From an uncultured Alphaproteobacteria bacterium (lineage in GTDB: Bacteria; Pseudomonadota; Alphaproteobacteria; Rhizobiales; Xanthobacteraceae): a stretch of DNA of 64,000 nt. Location of the stretch: the NCBI GenBank assembly GCA_963707095.1, contig CAVPOR010000011.1, positions 53,914-117,913 of the forward strand, in the 5' to 3' direction. The position numbers and the translations under genes are program-made. The stretch's first letter is position 1. Each line of letters starts with the position of its first letter. Below, in pieces: positions 30,376-39,780 of this stretch. The notes beneath the pieces are model-generated. The model was not told the origin of the DNA, made no database searches, and was given only the letters and a program-made list of their open reading frames with translations.

Positions 30376-30786
30376 GTGGATTTTCTCAAGACCATGGCTA
30401 TCGCGGCAAGCGGCCTGCGCGCCCAGGCCGGCCGCATGCGCATCATTTCAGAAAACATCGCCAACGCGGATTCAACGCCCGCTAGCCCGGGCGCCGAGCC
30501 GTACCGGCGCAAGATCTCGACCTTCCAGACCGAAGTCGATCGCACCCTCGACGTCAATTTGGTCGGGCTCGGCAAAACGCGCATCGACAATTCCGACTTC
30601 AGGCTGAAATACGAACCGGGCCATCCCGCCGCCGACAAGAACGGCAACGTCAAATATCCCAACGTCAACCCACTCATGGAAATGACCGACATGCGCGAGG
30701 CCCAGCGTTCTTATGAGGCCAATATCAACGTGATCACCGCCACCAGGCGCATGCTCCAGCGCACCATCGACATCCTCAAGACTTGA
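30376..30786 (+). CDS. flgC: Proximal rod protein
   Basis: IAASGLRAQ, ENIANAD, YEPGHPAAD, EMTDMREAQRSYEAN. Confidence 0.96.
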   Translation: MDFLKTMAIAASGLRAQAGRMRIISENIANADSTPASPGAEPYRRKISTFQTEVDRTLDVNLVGLGKTRIDNSDFRLKYEPGHPAADKNGNVKYPNVNPLMEMTDMREAQRSYEANINVITATRRMLQRTIDILKT

Positions 30787-30789
30787 AAG

Positions 30790-30838
30790 GCGCATGATCC
30801 CGAAAAGTGGCAACCGGTTTTCTGAAAAGATCATGCGC
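30790..30838. repeat. Palindromic interspersed element
   Basis: GCGCATGATCCCGAAAAGTGGCAACCGGTTTTCTGAAAAGATCATGCGC; near-identical copy at 31495. Confidence 0.85.
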
Positions 30839-30859
30839 AAACATAAGGACTAACGCATC

Positions 30860-31183
30860 ATGGCTTCACCCCTCGCCGCCGCCAGCGCCTACGCCAATAT
30901 CGCGCGGCTCGCCGACCCCTCGCACGCGCTTGGCAACCTGCCGGGTGCCGTCGCCGGCAAAACCGACGCTAGCTTTGCCTCTATGCTCAAGGATGCCGTC
31001 GGTGCCGTCGTTGAGACGGGCCGCAAATCCGATGCGCAGACACAAGCCCTGGCCAATGGAAAATCCAACATGGTCGATGTCGTCACCGCGGTGGCGGAAA
31101 CCGAAGTAGCGGTCGATGCCGTGGTGGCGGTGCGCGACAAGGTGATCGCGGCTTACGACGAAATCATGAAGATGCCGATTTGA
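30860..31183 (+). CDS. fliE: Hook-basal body complex protein
   Basis: FASMLKDAV, DVVTAVAETE, VRDKVIAAYDEIMKMPI. Confidence 0.95.
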   Translation: MASPLAAASAYANIARLADPSHALGNLPGAVAGKTDASFASMLKDAVGAVVETGRKSDAQTQALANGKSNMVDVVTAVAETEVAVDAVVAVRDKVIAAYDEIMKMPI

Positions 31184-31231
31184 TTTTCCTCTCCGCGCAA
31201 AGGCAAAGCGGCGGAGACGAGTGGAGCGCGA

Positions 31232-31495
31232 ATGACCGGACCCGAAGTTCTCGACGTCGCCCGCGAGGCGATTTACACGCTCATCGTCGTCGCAAGCCCG
31301 GTCATGCTGGTGGGCCTGGCCGTCGGCGTGGTCATCTCGCTGCTGCAAGCCGTCACCCAGATCCAGGAGATGACACTCGCCTTTGTGCCGAAAATACTGG
31401 CGATTTTCATTTCGCTGCTGATCGCGCTGCCGTTCATGGCCGAGAAATTGCACACGGAAATGCTACGGATCGCCGCCCGCATCGTCAGCGGTTAG
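31232..31495 (+). CDS. fliQ: Flagellar export gate protein
   Basis: QAVTQIQEMTLAFVPK. Confidence 0.96.
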   Translation: MTGPEVLDVAREAIYTLIVVASPVMLVGLAVGVVISLLQAVTQIQEMTLAFVPKILAIFISLLIALPFMAEKLHTEMLRIAARIVSG

Positions 31496-31544
31496 CGCAT
31501 GATCCCGAAAAGTGGCTGCCGGTTTTCGGAAAAAGTTCATGCGC
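31495..31544. repeat. Palindromic interspersed element
   Basis: GCGCATGATCCCGAAAAGTGGCTGCCGGTTTTCGGAAAAAGTTCATGCGC, starting at the fliQ TAG stop. Confidence 0.85.
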
Positions 31545-31560
31545 AAAAAGAAATGACTCC

Positions 31561-32331
31561 ATGAAAATCGACATTTCATTTTTGCCGGCGCTTGCCGCCG
31601 CGTTCCTGCTGACCTTCGCCCGCGTCGGCACCATGGTCATGCTGCTGCCCGGCGTCGGCGAATTGAACTTGCCGGCACGCGTGCGGCTGGGCATCGCGCT
31701 GGTGCTGACCGCGATCCTGCTGCCCTCGCATCAGAAGGCCTATACCGTCGAACTGACCGCGCTCGGGCCGGTGATGGTGATGCTGTTCCAGGAAATCATC
31801 ATCGGCGCGGTTCTCGGCCTGACCGCGCGGCTGGCGATCTCGGCGCTGCAGGTGACGGGCTCGGTGGTGGCCCAGCAATTGGGGCTGGGTTTCGTGACCG
31901 CCGTCGACCCCACCCAGAACCAGCAGGGCGTGCTGGTCGGAAATTTCCTCACGCTGCTCGGTATCACGCTGATCTTCTCGACCAATTTGCACTATCTGGT
32001 GATCGCGGCGATGAATGACAGCTACACCATCTTTGCGCCGGGCGAGATGCCGCTGGTCGGGGACGCGGCGCAGCACGTCACCCGCATCGTCGCGACCGCG
32101 TTCCGCATCGGCATTCAGCTATCGGCGCCGTTTTTGGTGTTCGGACTGCTGTTCAATCTGGGCCTGGGCGTGCTGTCGCGATTGATGCCGCAAATGCAAG
32201 TGTTCTTCATCGGTCTACCGCTGTCGATTCTGCTCGGCCTGCTGCTGTTGTTGCTGGTGGTCGGCGCCATGATGGGCACCTTCGTCGGCTATATCGAGGG
32301 CGTGCTCGGCGATCTTGCGCCGCACGCCTGA
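31561..32331 (+). CDS. fliR: Flagellar export gate protein
   Basis: FARVGTMVMLLPG, QQLGLGF, SRLMPQMQVFF; start ATG 31561. Confidence 0.95.
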   Translation: MKIDISFLPALAAAFLLTFARVGTMVMLLPGVGELNLPARVRLGIALVLTAILLPSHQKAYTVELTALGPVMVMLFQEIIIGAVLGLTARLAISALQVTGSVVAQQLGLGFVTAVDPTQNQQGVLVGNFLTLLGITLIFSTNLHYLVIAAMNDSYTIFAPGEMPLVGDAAQHVTRIVATAFRIGIQLSAPFLVFGLLFNLGLGVLSRLMPQMQVFFIGLPLSILLGLLLLLLVVGAMMGTFVGYIEGVLGDLAPHA

Positions 32332-32343
32332 CCGGACAAGCCT

Positions 32344-33441
32344 ATGGCCGAGCCCGACAACACCGATACCACCGATAAAACAGAAGACCCGACGCAAAAG
32401 CGGCTGGACGATGCGATCAAGCGCGGCGACGTCGTCAAGAGCCAGGAGGTCAGCACCTGGTTCATCATCGCCGGCGCCACGCTGGTGCTGATGACGTTCT
32501 CAGGCGGCATGACGTCGCAACTGACGACGACTATGCGCGGGCTGATCGCCAATGCGCACGACATCAATATGAGCGGTCCGGCACTGCCGCGGCTGTTCCA
32601 GACGATTGGCGCCGATGTCATCGCGGCGATCGCTATTCCATTTTTGCTTCTGATGCTGGCGGCGCTCGGCGGCAATATCATCCAGCATAAATTGGTCTGG
32701 TCGGTGGAGGTGCTGGCGCCCAAGCTTTCCAAAATATCGCCGGCCGCGGGCTTTAAGCGGCTGTTCTCCAAGCAGGCGCTCGCCACCTTCGCCAAAGGCA
32801 TCGTCAAGCTGGTGCTGATCGGCGGTGTGCTCACGGTGCTGATGTGGCCCGAGCGCGGCCGCATCATGGCGCTCGAGCGCACCGATCCGGCGGCGGTGAT
32901 GCCGCTCGCCCAAACGCTGGCCCTGAAATTGCTCGGCGCCGTGGTCGCCATGATGGCAATCGTGGCGCTTGCCGATTATTTGTTCCAGTACCGGCAGTGG
33001 CATGAGCGGCAGAAGATGTCGCTGCGGGAAATGAAGGAGGAATTCAAGCAGACCGAAGGCGATCCCGCCATCAAGGGCAAGATGAAGCAGGTGCGGCAGA
33101 CCAAGCAACGCCGGCGCATGATCGCCGCGGTGCCGAAGGCCTCGGTCGTGATCACCAATCCGACCCATTACGCCGTCGCTTTGCAATATGAACGCGGCAT
33201 GGAGGCGCCGGTCTGCGTCGCCAAGGGCGTCGAAGCGCTCGCCTTGAAGATCCGCGAAGTCGCAGGCCAGCATTCAATCCCGATCGTCGAGAACCCCCCG
33301 CTCGCCCGCGCGCTGCATGCCACCGTCGAGGTCGATCAGGCGATACCGGTCGAACACTACAAAGCCGTGGCAGAAGTGATCGGCTATGTCATGCGGCTGC
33401 GCCGGGCGGTGCCAAGGCCGCCGCAAAAACCAAAGCAATGA
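32344..33441 (+). CDS. flhB: Export substrate-specificity switch protein
   Basis: KTEDPTQKRL, KEEFKQTEGDP, NPTH autocleavage site, ENPPLARAL. Confidence 0.97.
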   Translation: MAEPDNTDTTDKTEDPTQKRLDDAIKRGDVVKSQEVSTWFIIAGATLVLMTFSGGMTSQLTTTMRGLIANAHDINMSGPALPRLFQTIGADVIAAIAIPFLLLMLAALGGNIIQHKLVWSVEVLAPKLSKISPAAGFKRLFSKQALATFAKGIVKLVLIGGVLTVLMWPERGRIMALERTDPAAVMPLAQTLALKLLGAVVAMMAIVALADYLFQYRQWHERQKMSLREMKEEFKQTEGDPAIKGKMKQVRQTKQRRRMIAAVPKASVVITNPTHYAVALQYERGMEAPVCVAKGVEALALKIREVAGQHSIPIVENPPLARALHATVEVDQAIPVEHYKAVAEVIGYVMRLRRAVPRPPQKPKQ

Positions 33442-33508
33442 ATTTAAGGCATGGGATTGCGGCAGGCGGCTCTTGCGCCGATAGGGTTGGTTAAGGCACT
33501 CAGGAGTC

Positions 33509-36106
33509 ATGGCAGGCCAGGAACAGCCAAAGCAGGCGCCGGCGATCGACCGCGGCGACGGGCAAGATCCCGGGCAGGGTGGCGCAATTGGCCGGCAGGC
33601 GTTCGACAAAAGCCAAAGCGCTCCGCGCAGCGGCTCGGTCGCCCTGGTGCTGATGGTTGCCCTGGTGCTGATCGTGGCGGCCGCCGGCACCATCTATATC
33701 GATCATAGCTACGCCGGAACTTACATTCTGCTGCTCTTGGCATTGCTTGGTACCATTGGCGTGTTCGCGCTGTTTGCCCTGGCCTCGGGCATCATGCGGA
33801 TGTCCGGCCGCGGCCAGGCCAACCCGCTGCTCAAGGCGGTGGTCGATAACGCGTTCGACGGCATCGTGGTTACCGACCAGTCGGGCCGCGTGTTCTATGC
33901 CAACGCCACTTATCTCGATCTGATCGGGGCGGCCGACAATAACGATGTGCGCCCGATCGAGCGGGTGTTCGTGGGCGACCCCGACGTGTCGGAGGCGATC
34001 TATCGCCTGCTCAAGGCGGCGCGCGAGGGCCGCCCCTTGCAGGAGGAGGTGCGCATTCCCGGCGCGACCGCGCGCTGGTTGCGCCTGCGTGTTCGCCCGT
34101 TGGGGGAAACCAAGCAGGACGCGCGCATGACGGTTTGGTCGGTCGCCGACGTGACGCGTGAACGCGAACGCCAGGAGAATGTGTTCCAGGAGCTTCAACA
34201 CGCCATCGACTATCTCGACCATGCGCCGGCCGGGTTCTTTTCGGTCGATGCGGCAGGGTCAATCGTCTATCTCAATGCCACGCTGGCGGATTGGCTCGAT
34301 CATGATCTCGCCCAGGTCGGTACTGGCTCGCTCAAGCTCGTCGACATCGTCGCCGGCCAAGGCGCGGCGCTCCTCACCACGCTCAATGCCGCGCCCGGCG
34401 AAGTCAAAACCGAAGTGCTCGACCTCGATCTCAAAACGCGCAGCGGCAAGCCGTTGCCGGCGCGGCTGTTCCACAAAGTGGCTTTCGGCGCCGACGGCAG
34501 CGCCGGCGCCTCGCGCACGCTGGTGCTCAACCGCGCCAAGGACGACGGCAGCGATTCCGCCCGCGCGGCCGAAGTGCGCTTCATGCGGTTTTTCCAGAAT
34601 ACGCCGATGGCGATCGCCACGGTCGATAAAAGCGGCCGCATTGCGCGCAGCAATGCCCGCTTTGCCAGCGCCTTTGAGACCATGTTTAAGGGCGACCGGC
34701 GCTCGATCCTGTCCGTGGTGGCCGAGCGCGATCGTCCGGCGCTGGAGCAGGCGATCGCCAAGGCGGCGACGGGCCAGGGCGATATCGCGCCGGTTGAGGC
34801 GGCGCTGGTCGGGGGCCATGAGCAGTCGGCGAATTTCTTCGTCTCCGCCGTCGAGGATAAGGATAGCGACGGCGAAGCGGCCATCGTCTACGCGTTGGAG
34901 ACCACCGCGCAGCGCGCGCTGGAAAACCGCGTGCAGCAGCAGCAGAAGATGGAATCGGTCGGCCAGCTTGCCGGCGGCATCGCACACGATTTCAACAATG
35001 TGCTGTCTGCCATCATGATGGCGACGGACTTCTTGCTCAACGCCCACAAGCCGACCGATCCGTCGTTCAAGGACATCATCCAAATCAAGCAGAACGCCAA
35101 CCGCGCCGCCGCGCTGGTGCGGCAATTGCTGGCGTTCTCGCGCAAGCAAACGCTGCGCCCGCAGGTGCTCGATCTCGGCGAGACGCTGAGCGATCTCGGC
35201 ATGCTGCTCAAGCGGCTGATCGGCGAGAAGGTGACGTTTTCGGGCGTCGTGGTCGGGCGCGATCTGTGGCCGGTGAAGGTGGACATCTCACAATTCGAGC
35301 AGGTGATCGTCAATCTGGCTGTCAACGCCCGTGACGCCATGCCCGGCGGTGGCACGCTCGGCATCCGTACCGCCAATATCACCGCCGCCGACTGCGGCAC
35401 ATACACTTACAAAGGCATGCCCATTGCCGACTATGTGTTGGTGGAAGTGACGGACACCGGCAGCGGTATCCCGCCCGACATCATGGATAAAATATTCGAG
35501 CCGTTTTTCACCACCAAGGAGGTCGGCAAGGGCACCGGCTTGGGGCTTTCCACGGTCTACGGCATCGTCAAGCAGACCGGCGGCTTCATCTATGCGGAAT
35601 CGGCACCGGGGAACACGGTCTTCCGTATCTTCCTGCCGCGCCATGTCGGCGGCGCGGATGAGGCGCTCACGCCGGCTCACGCCACGGCGGCTCCGGCGAT
35701 CGCCGGTGCCTTGGCGAAAGCCGCCAGCGCCGATCTCACCGGGCAGGGCACCATCTTGCTGGTCGAGGACGAGGAAGGCTTGCGCGCGCTCAATGCGCGC
35801 GGGCTGTCATCGCGCGGCTATACCGTGCTCGAAGCCGGCAATGGCGTCGAAGCGATCGAGATCCTGGAAAAGCAGGACCGTATCGATCTGGTGGTATCGG
35901 ACGTGGTGATGCCGGAAATGGACGGGCCGACGCTGCTCAAGGAACTGCGCCGGCGCGATCCGAAAGTGAAGATCATTTTCGTGTCGGGCTATGCCGAGGA
36001 AGCGTTCCAGAAAAATCTGGACGAGCAAGAGAAGTATGAATTCCTGGCCAAGCCCTTCACGCTCAAGCAACTCGTCACCAAGGTCAAAGAGACCATGGTG
36101 GACTAA
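33509..36106 (+). CDS. cckA: Cell-cycle hybrid histidine kinase
   Basis: Two TM segments, PAS domains, [15 protein letters not shown], receiver domain; follows flhB as in other Rhizobiales. Confidence 0.92.
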   Translation: MAGQEQPKQAPAIDRGDGQDPGQGGAIGRQAFDKSQSAPRSGSVALVLMVALVLIVAAAGTIYIDHSYAGTYILLLLALLGTIGVFALFALASGIMRMSGRGQANPLLKAVVDNAFDGIVVTDQSGRVFYANATYLDLIGAADNNDVRPIERVFVGDPDVSEAIYRLLKAAREGRPLQEEVRIPGATARWLRLRVRPLGETKQDARMTVWSVADVTRERERQENVFQELQHAIDYLDHAPAGFFSVDAAGSIVYLNATLADWLDHDLAQVGTGSLKLVDIVAGQGAALLTTLNAAPGEVKTEVLDLDLKTRSGKPLPARLFHKVAFGADGSAGASRTLVLNRAKDDGSDSARAAEVRFMRFFQNTPMAIATVDKSGRIARSNARFASAFETMFKGDRRSILSVVAERDRPALEQAIAKAATGQGDIAPVEAALVGGHEQSANFFVSAVEDKDSDGEAAIVYALETTAQRALENRVQQQQKMESVGQLAGGIAHDFNNVLSAIMMATDFLLNAHKPTDPSFKDIIQIKQNANRAAALVRQLLAFSRKQTLRPQVLDLGETLSDLGMLLKRLIGEKVTFSGVVVGRDLWPVKVDISQFEQVIVNLAVNARDAMPGGGTLGIRTANITAADCGTYTYKGMPIADYVLVEVTDTGSGIPPDIMDKIFEPFFTTKEVGKGTGLGLSTVYGIVKQTGGFIYAESAPGNTVFRIFLPRHVGGADEALTPAHATAAPAIAGALAKAASADLTGQGTILLVEDEEGLRALNARGLSSRGYTVLEAGNGVEAIEILEKQDRIDLVVSDVVMPEMDGPTLLKELRRRDPKVKIIFVSGYAEEAFQKNLDEQEKYEFLAKPFTLKQLVTKVKETMVD

Positions 36107-36118
36107 TCTCACGCCCGC

Positions 36119-36364
36119 TCAGCGGCACGATAGCGCCAGGCGGGTCTTGTCGAACATGCGCAAACGGCAGGGAAAAACGCGGCTTGCGGCGTAGCCCGCC
36201 TGCGGCGCGCGGAAATAATCCCGCTCGAGCGTGGCGGCGGCCGGTTCGCTCGAGATCGCCAGATCGGACGAGAACGCAATCGAATGCGGGTCGACCGGCG
36301 CAGGTTTGCCCTGCGCGGCCGTGCCGAAGACTAAAACGAACGCTATAGCAATAAGCTTTTTCAT
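36119..36364 (-). CDS. Small secreted hypothetical protein
   Basis: MKKLIAIAFVLVFGTAAQG signal peptide; 81 aa with two C-terminal Cys. Confidence 0.55.
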   Translation of the reverse strand: MKKLIAIAFVLVFGTAAQGKPAPVDPHSIAFSSDLAISSEPAAATLERDYFRAPQAGYAASRVFPCRLRMFDKTRLALSCR

Positions 36365-36518
36365 CGATCCATCCCGGTCAACTCTCAAGATGGGAAATTT
36401 CCGGAGCCGGAATAGGTTCCAGTCACGCCGTGACATTTCTCGGCGATCAGGCAAAGTTGATTGAGGTCGATTGCGTGCGCGAGAGCGCTGGCGCTGCTGG
36501 CCGATCGGCTCGTGTCAA

Positions 36519-36881
36519 TTACGCGGTCTTGACCGCTTCAAGGTTGGCGTCTTCGGCCTCGCTCGGCGAGGGTACGCCATCTGTCGCGTCACCTGGTTTC
36601 GCAGGCTCGGCGGCCTCGGCGAGAGTGCGCATGAACTGCACTCCGATCTGATTGGGCTCGCGCCACATCACGCGGCAGAAGCGCCGCGCCGAGCCGGTGC
36701 TGGTCAGCATCAGAACGAAGTGATCGGGAATAGCGCTGGGATCTCGCACGTCGATACGCGCGCCGGACTGGGAAACATTGGAAATCATGCAGTCGTGCCG
36801 CTGACCGGCGGCCAACGCCACCCAGGCGCTGTAACGCAAGGGCTGCCGCCTGGCTCCCCGCTTTTCCTTTTCCTTGTACAT
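36519..36881 (-). CDS. PilZ domain c-di-GMP receptor
   Basis: RGARR (RxxxR) and NVSQSGA motifs, CRVMWR..IGVQF; CtrA-like TTCA-N7-TTAAC upstream at 36923-36938. Confidence 0.88.
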   Translation of the reverse strand: MYKEKEKRGARRQPLRYSAWVALAAGQRHDCMISNVSQSGARIDVRDPSAIPDHFVLMLTSTGSARRFCRVMWREPNQIGVQFMRTLAEAAEPAKPGDATDGVPSPSEAEDANLEAVKTA

Positions 36882-37209
36882 CTTGCCTCGCTACCGGTCG
36901 GCCGTCTCAATGCGCCCAGAAATTCATAATCCATTAACGCTCGTCGCTGGCATGGATCGACTATAGAAGTCGGCCATTACCAATTCATAAAGCGAGATAT
37001 GACGCGTAACCGCCGCGCGAAATGCGCATGGCGTTGACCTTACGGCGAAATCCGTCTATGCCGCCGCCCGCAACATGGTTTTCGGCTTGAACTTGCTGAC
37101 ACGCTGCCGATTTGGGCTGCGCCTCAAGTGATCTCCCAAAAACTCGGATTGTTGCCGCCGGCGCGAAAAAATGAGCCGGCGTTCAACAGAAAGCGTGAAA
37201 GGAACTGAG

Positions 37210-37413
37210 ATGGCTGTCGGAACTGTGAAGTTCTTCAATACCCAAAAAGGCTTCGGCTTTATCCAGCCGGATGACGGCTCTAAGGATGTGTTCGTGCACA
37301 TCTCGGCGGTGGAACGCGCCGGCATGCGTTCGCTGGTCGAGGGCCAGAAGATCAGCTACGAAATCGTCACCGAACGTGGCAAGCAGGCAGCCGGCAATTT
37401 GCAGTCGGCCTAA
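37210..37413 (+). CDS. cspA: Cold-shock protein
   Basis: GTVKFFNTQKGFGFI, DVFVHISA; long 5' leader. Confidence 0.93.
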   Translation: MAVGTVKFFNTQKGFGFIQPDDGSKDVFVHISAVERAGMRSLVEGQKISYEIVTERGKQAAGNLQSA

Positions 37414-37436
37414 TCAAGAAGAACTTCGCTGAATAG

Positions 37437-37466
37437 AAAGCCCGGCGGCGACGCCGGGCTTTTTGC
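37437..37466 (+). terminator. Intrinsic terminator after csp
   Basis: AAAGCCCGGCG-GCGA-CGCCGGGCTTTTT. Confidence 0.85.
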
Positions 37467-37523
37467 ATGTGTGCCGGCCGTGCTACACAATGTGATCGTA
37501 AAAGAGTTCAGCGGGAGGCGTTC

Positions 37524-37928
37524 ATGGACATCATCGCTTGCGGATCGCGGCCGTCGCGCCGGGGGCCGGCGTCGAGTTTCACCGGAACGGTGTGGCAGGA
37601 TCCGATCATCCAGGCGCCCGACCCCGCGCTGCTGCGCGCCGGCTGGGTGCGTTTCGAGCCGGGCGCGCGCACGTTCTGGCATAGCCATCCGCTCGGGCAG
37701 ACCCTGCACATCGTCTCCGGTATCGGCCACGTGCAGACCTGGGGTGGGCCGATCCGGCAAGTACGCGCCGGCGATACGGTTTGGATTCCGCCGGACGAGA
37801 AGCATTGGCATGGCGCGACGCCGGATCACGGTATGGAACACATCGCCATGCAGGAGGCCAAGGGCGGCGAGCACGTGAAGTGGCTGGAGGCGGTGACTGA
37901 TGCGCAATACGGCGCCAAAGTCGGCTAG
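37524..37928 (+). CDS. Cupin domain protein
   Basis: FEPGARTFWHSHPLGQTL, GDTVWIPPDEKHWHGA. Confidence 0.88.
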   Translation: MDIIACGSRPSRRGPASSFTGTVWQDPIIQAPDPALLRAGWVRFEPGARTFWHSHPLGQTLHIVSGIGHVQTWGGPIRQVRAGDTVWIPPDEKHWHGATPDHGMEHIAMQEAKGGEHVKWLEAVTDAQYGAKVG

Positions 37929-38041
37929 CCGTGGTCGTCTCGCTCAATCTTTGGTGATGCCGGAATTCGCGGCTGCCTAACGGGGTTATGCTCTCCCGAA
38001 TGGCGGGGCGACGGGCCTGGCCAATATCCGGGAGGTTACCA

Positions 38042-38705
38042 ATGATTGCTCTACGAACGGCTGCGCCGCTGGCGGCGTGTCTTGCACTATTCTGCGCGGT
38101 GACTGCACAGGCGCAGCAAGCCAATATGAGTTTCTTTGTCACCAGCGTCGGGGCGGGCAAGGGCGCCGATCTTGGCGGGCTCGCCGGCGCCGACAAGCAT
38201 TGCCAGGACTCTCGCGCAAGCCGCGGGCGCCGGCGGCAAGACCTGGCACGCCTATCTGTCGACGCAAGGCGCCGGCGCCGTGAACGCGCGTGACCGCATC
38301 GGCAAAGGTCCGTGGATGAACGCCAAGGGCGTGGTGGTCGCGACAAGCGTCGCCGATTTGCACAGCGCCAACAACAAGCTCAATAAGCAAAACAACCTGT
38401 CGGAGAAGGGCGACGTCATTAACGGCCGCGGCGATACGCCCAACCGGCACGACATTCTTACCGGGACGCAGACCGACGGCAGCGCGTTCGCGGCCGACAA
38501 GGACATGACTTGCAAGAACTACACCAGCAGCACGCAAGGTTCGGTCATGCTCGGCCACAACGACCGCCAGGGCTTGCGCGACGACGACGCCTCGAAGTCC
38601 TGGAACTCGTCGCATCCCTCGCGCGGCGCGGAGGGCGGTTGCTCGCAGGCCGATTTGCGTTCAACCGGCGGCGACGGGCTGATGTACTGCTTCGCCACCA
38701 ATTGA
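38042..38705 (+). CDS. Secreted lectin-like (DUF1554/endostatin-like) protein, one extra G at 38206-38207
   Basis: Signal peptide, SFFVTS, DLGGLAGADKHCQ, WHAYLS, ARDRIG, HDILTG, LMYCFA. Confidence 0.75.
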
Positions 38706-38725
38706 ATTTGGCGCTGATTTTTTGG

Positions 38726-38751
38726 TGTGGCCGGGCTTGTCCCGGCCACAT
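38726..38751. repeat. REP-like palindrome (GGCCGGGCTTGTCCCGGCC family)
   Basis: GTGTGGCCGGGCTTGTCCCGGCCACA; related copies at 48395 and 50147. Confidence 0.65.
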
Positions 38752-38799
38752 CTGTTTTGGTTGACTGCAGCGAACGATGAACGGCGGCAGAGGTGTCCC

Positions 38800-39519
38800 A
38801 TGCGCTACCAGCTTTTCTACTGGCCGGAAATCCAGGGCCGCGGCGAATTCGTGCGGCTGGCGCTGGAGGATGCCGGCGCCGAATACGACGACGTCGCGCG
38901 CAAGCCAGGCGGCATGAACAAGATGATGGCGATGATGGATGGCGGCCGCGACAAACATCCGCCGTTCGCGCCGCCGTTCCTGAAAGCGGGCAAGCTCGTC
39001 ATCGCGCAGGTGGCCAATATCCTGTTTTACCTGGGGCCCCACCTGAAACTTGCGCCCCGCGACGAGGCCGGCCGGCTCTGGCTCAACCAACTGCAGCTCA
39101 CGGTGACGGATTTTGTGAAAGAAATTCACGACGTGCATCATCCCGTCGGCAGCGGTCTTTATTACGAAGACCAGAAACCGGAGGCCAAACGCTTCGCCGA
39201 GAATTTCTTGGCCGAGCGCGCGCCGAAATATCTTGGCTATTTCGAAAAGCTGCTGAAGAAAAGCGGCGGGCCTTATGTGCTGGGACGCAAGATCAGCTAT
39301 GTTGACCTGTCGATGTTTCAACTGATCGAGGGTCTGCGTTACGCCTTTCCGCGTTCGATGAAGACCATCGAGCGCAAAGCGCCGGGCATTGTCGGCGTGC
39401 GTGACCGCGTCGCCGCGCGTCCGAATATCAAGGCCTATCTTGGCTCACGCCGGCGCATCGCGTTCAACGAGTCTGGCATTTTCCGGCATTATCCGGAATT
39501 GGATAACGAGGCCGTGTAA
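38800..39519 (+). CDS. Glutathione S-transferase
   Basis: YWPEIQGRGEFVRLALE, PFAPPFL, IAQVANIL, SYVDLSMFQ. Confidence 0.9.
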   Translation: MRYQLFYWPEIQGRGEFVRLALEDAGAEYDDVARKPGGMNKMMAMMDGGRDKHPPFAPPFLKAGKLVIAQVANILFYLGPHLKLAPRDEAGRLWLNQLQLTVTDFVKEIHDVHHPVGSGLYYEDQKPEAKRFAENFLAERAPKYLGYFEKLLKKSGGPYVLGRKISYVDLSMFQLIEGLRYAFPRSMKTIERKAPGIVGVRDRVAARPNIKAYLGSRRRIAFNESGIFRHYPELDNEAV

Positions 39520-39780
39520 TCGTGATTAAAGATCGGTGAGTCGATGATTGGCATGGCCAGGCTGGACTAAAACCCGAAAGAGTACTGAAGTCGCACATTT
39601 AAATAAAATCCCTTCATTTCGGCGGTAACCCGTTATTCAGAGTTTTGCTTTTTTCTGCGCAGTCGATGCGCTGCCATCTAGGCCTTTCGGCAGCGCACGC
39701 ATGATTACGACGCTTCAATTATTTAATGCCGGCGCCCGCTTCTTGATGAAACGGGCAGCGCCGGCAAGGCGGGGGTTGGG

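Noticed and set aside
30790-31544. Possible CRISPR repeats
   Set aside because: Only two copies about 700 bp apart, separated by real genes; no cas genes.
31180-31560. N-terminally extended FliR (383 aa) containing the palindromic element
   Set aside because: The extension overlaps fliQ out of frame; ATG 31561 gives a normal-length FliR.
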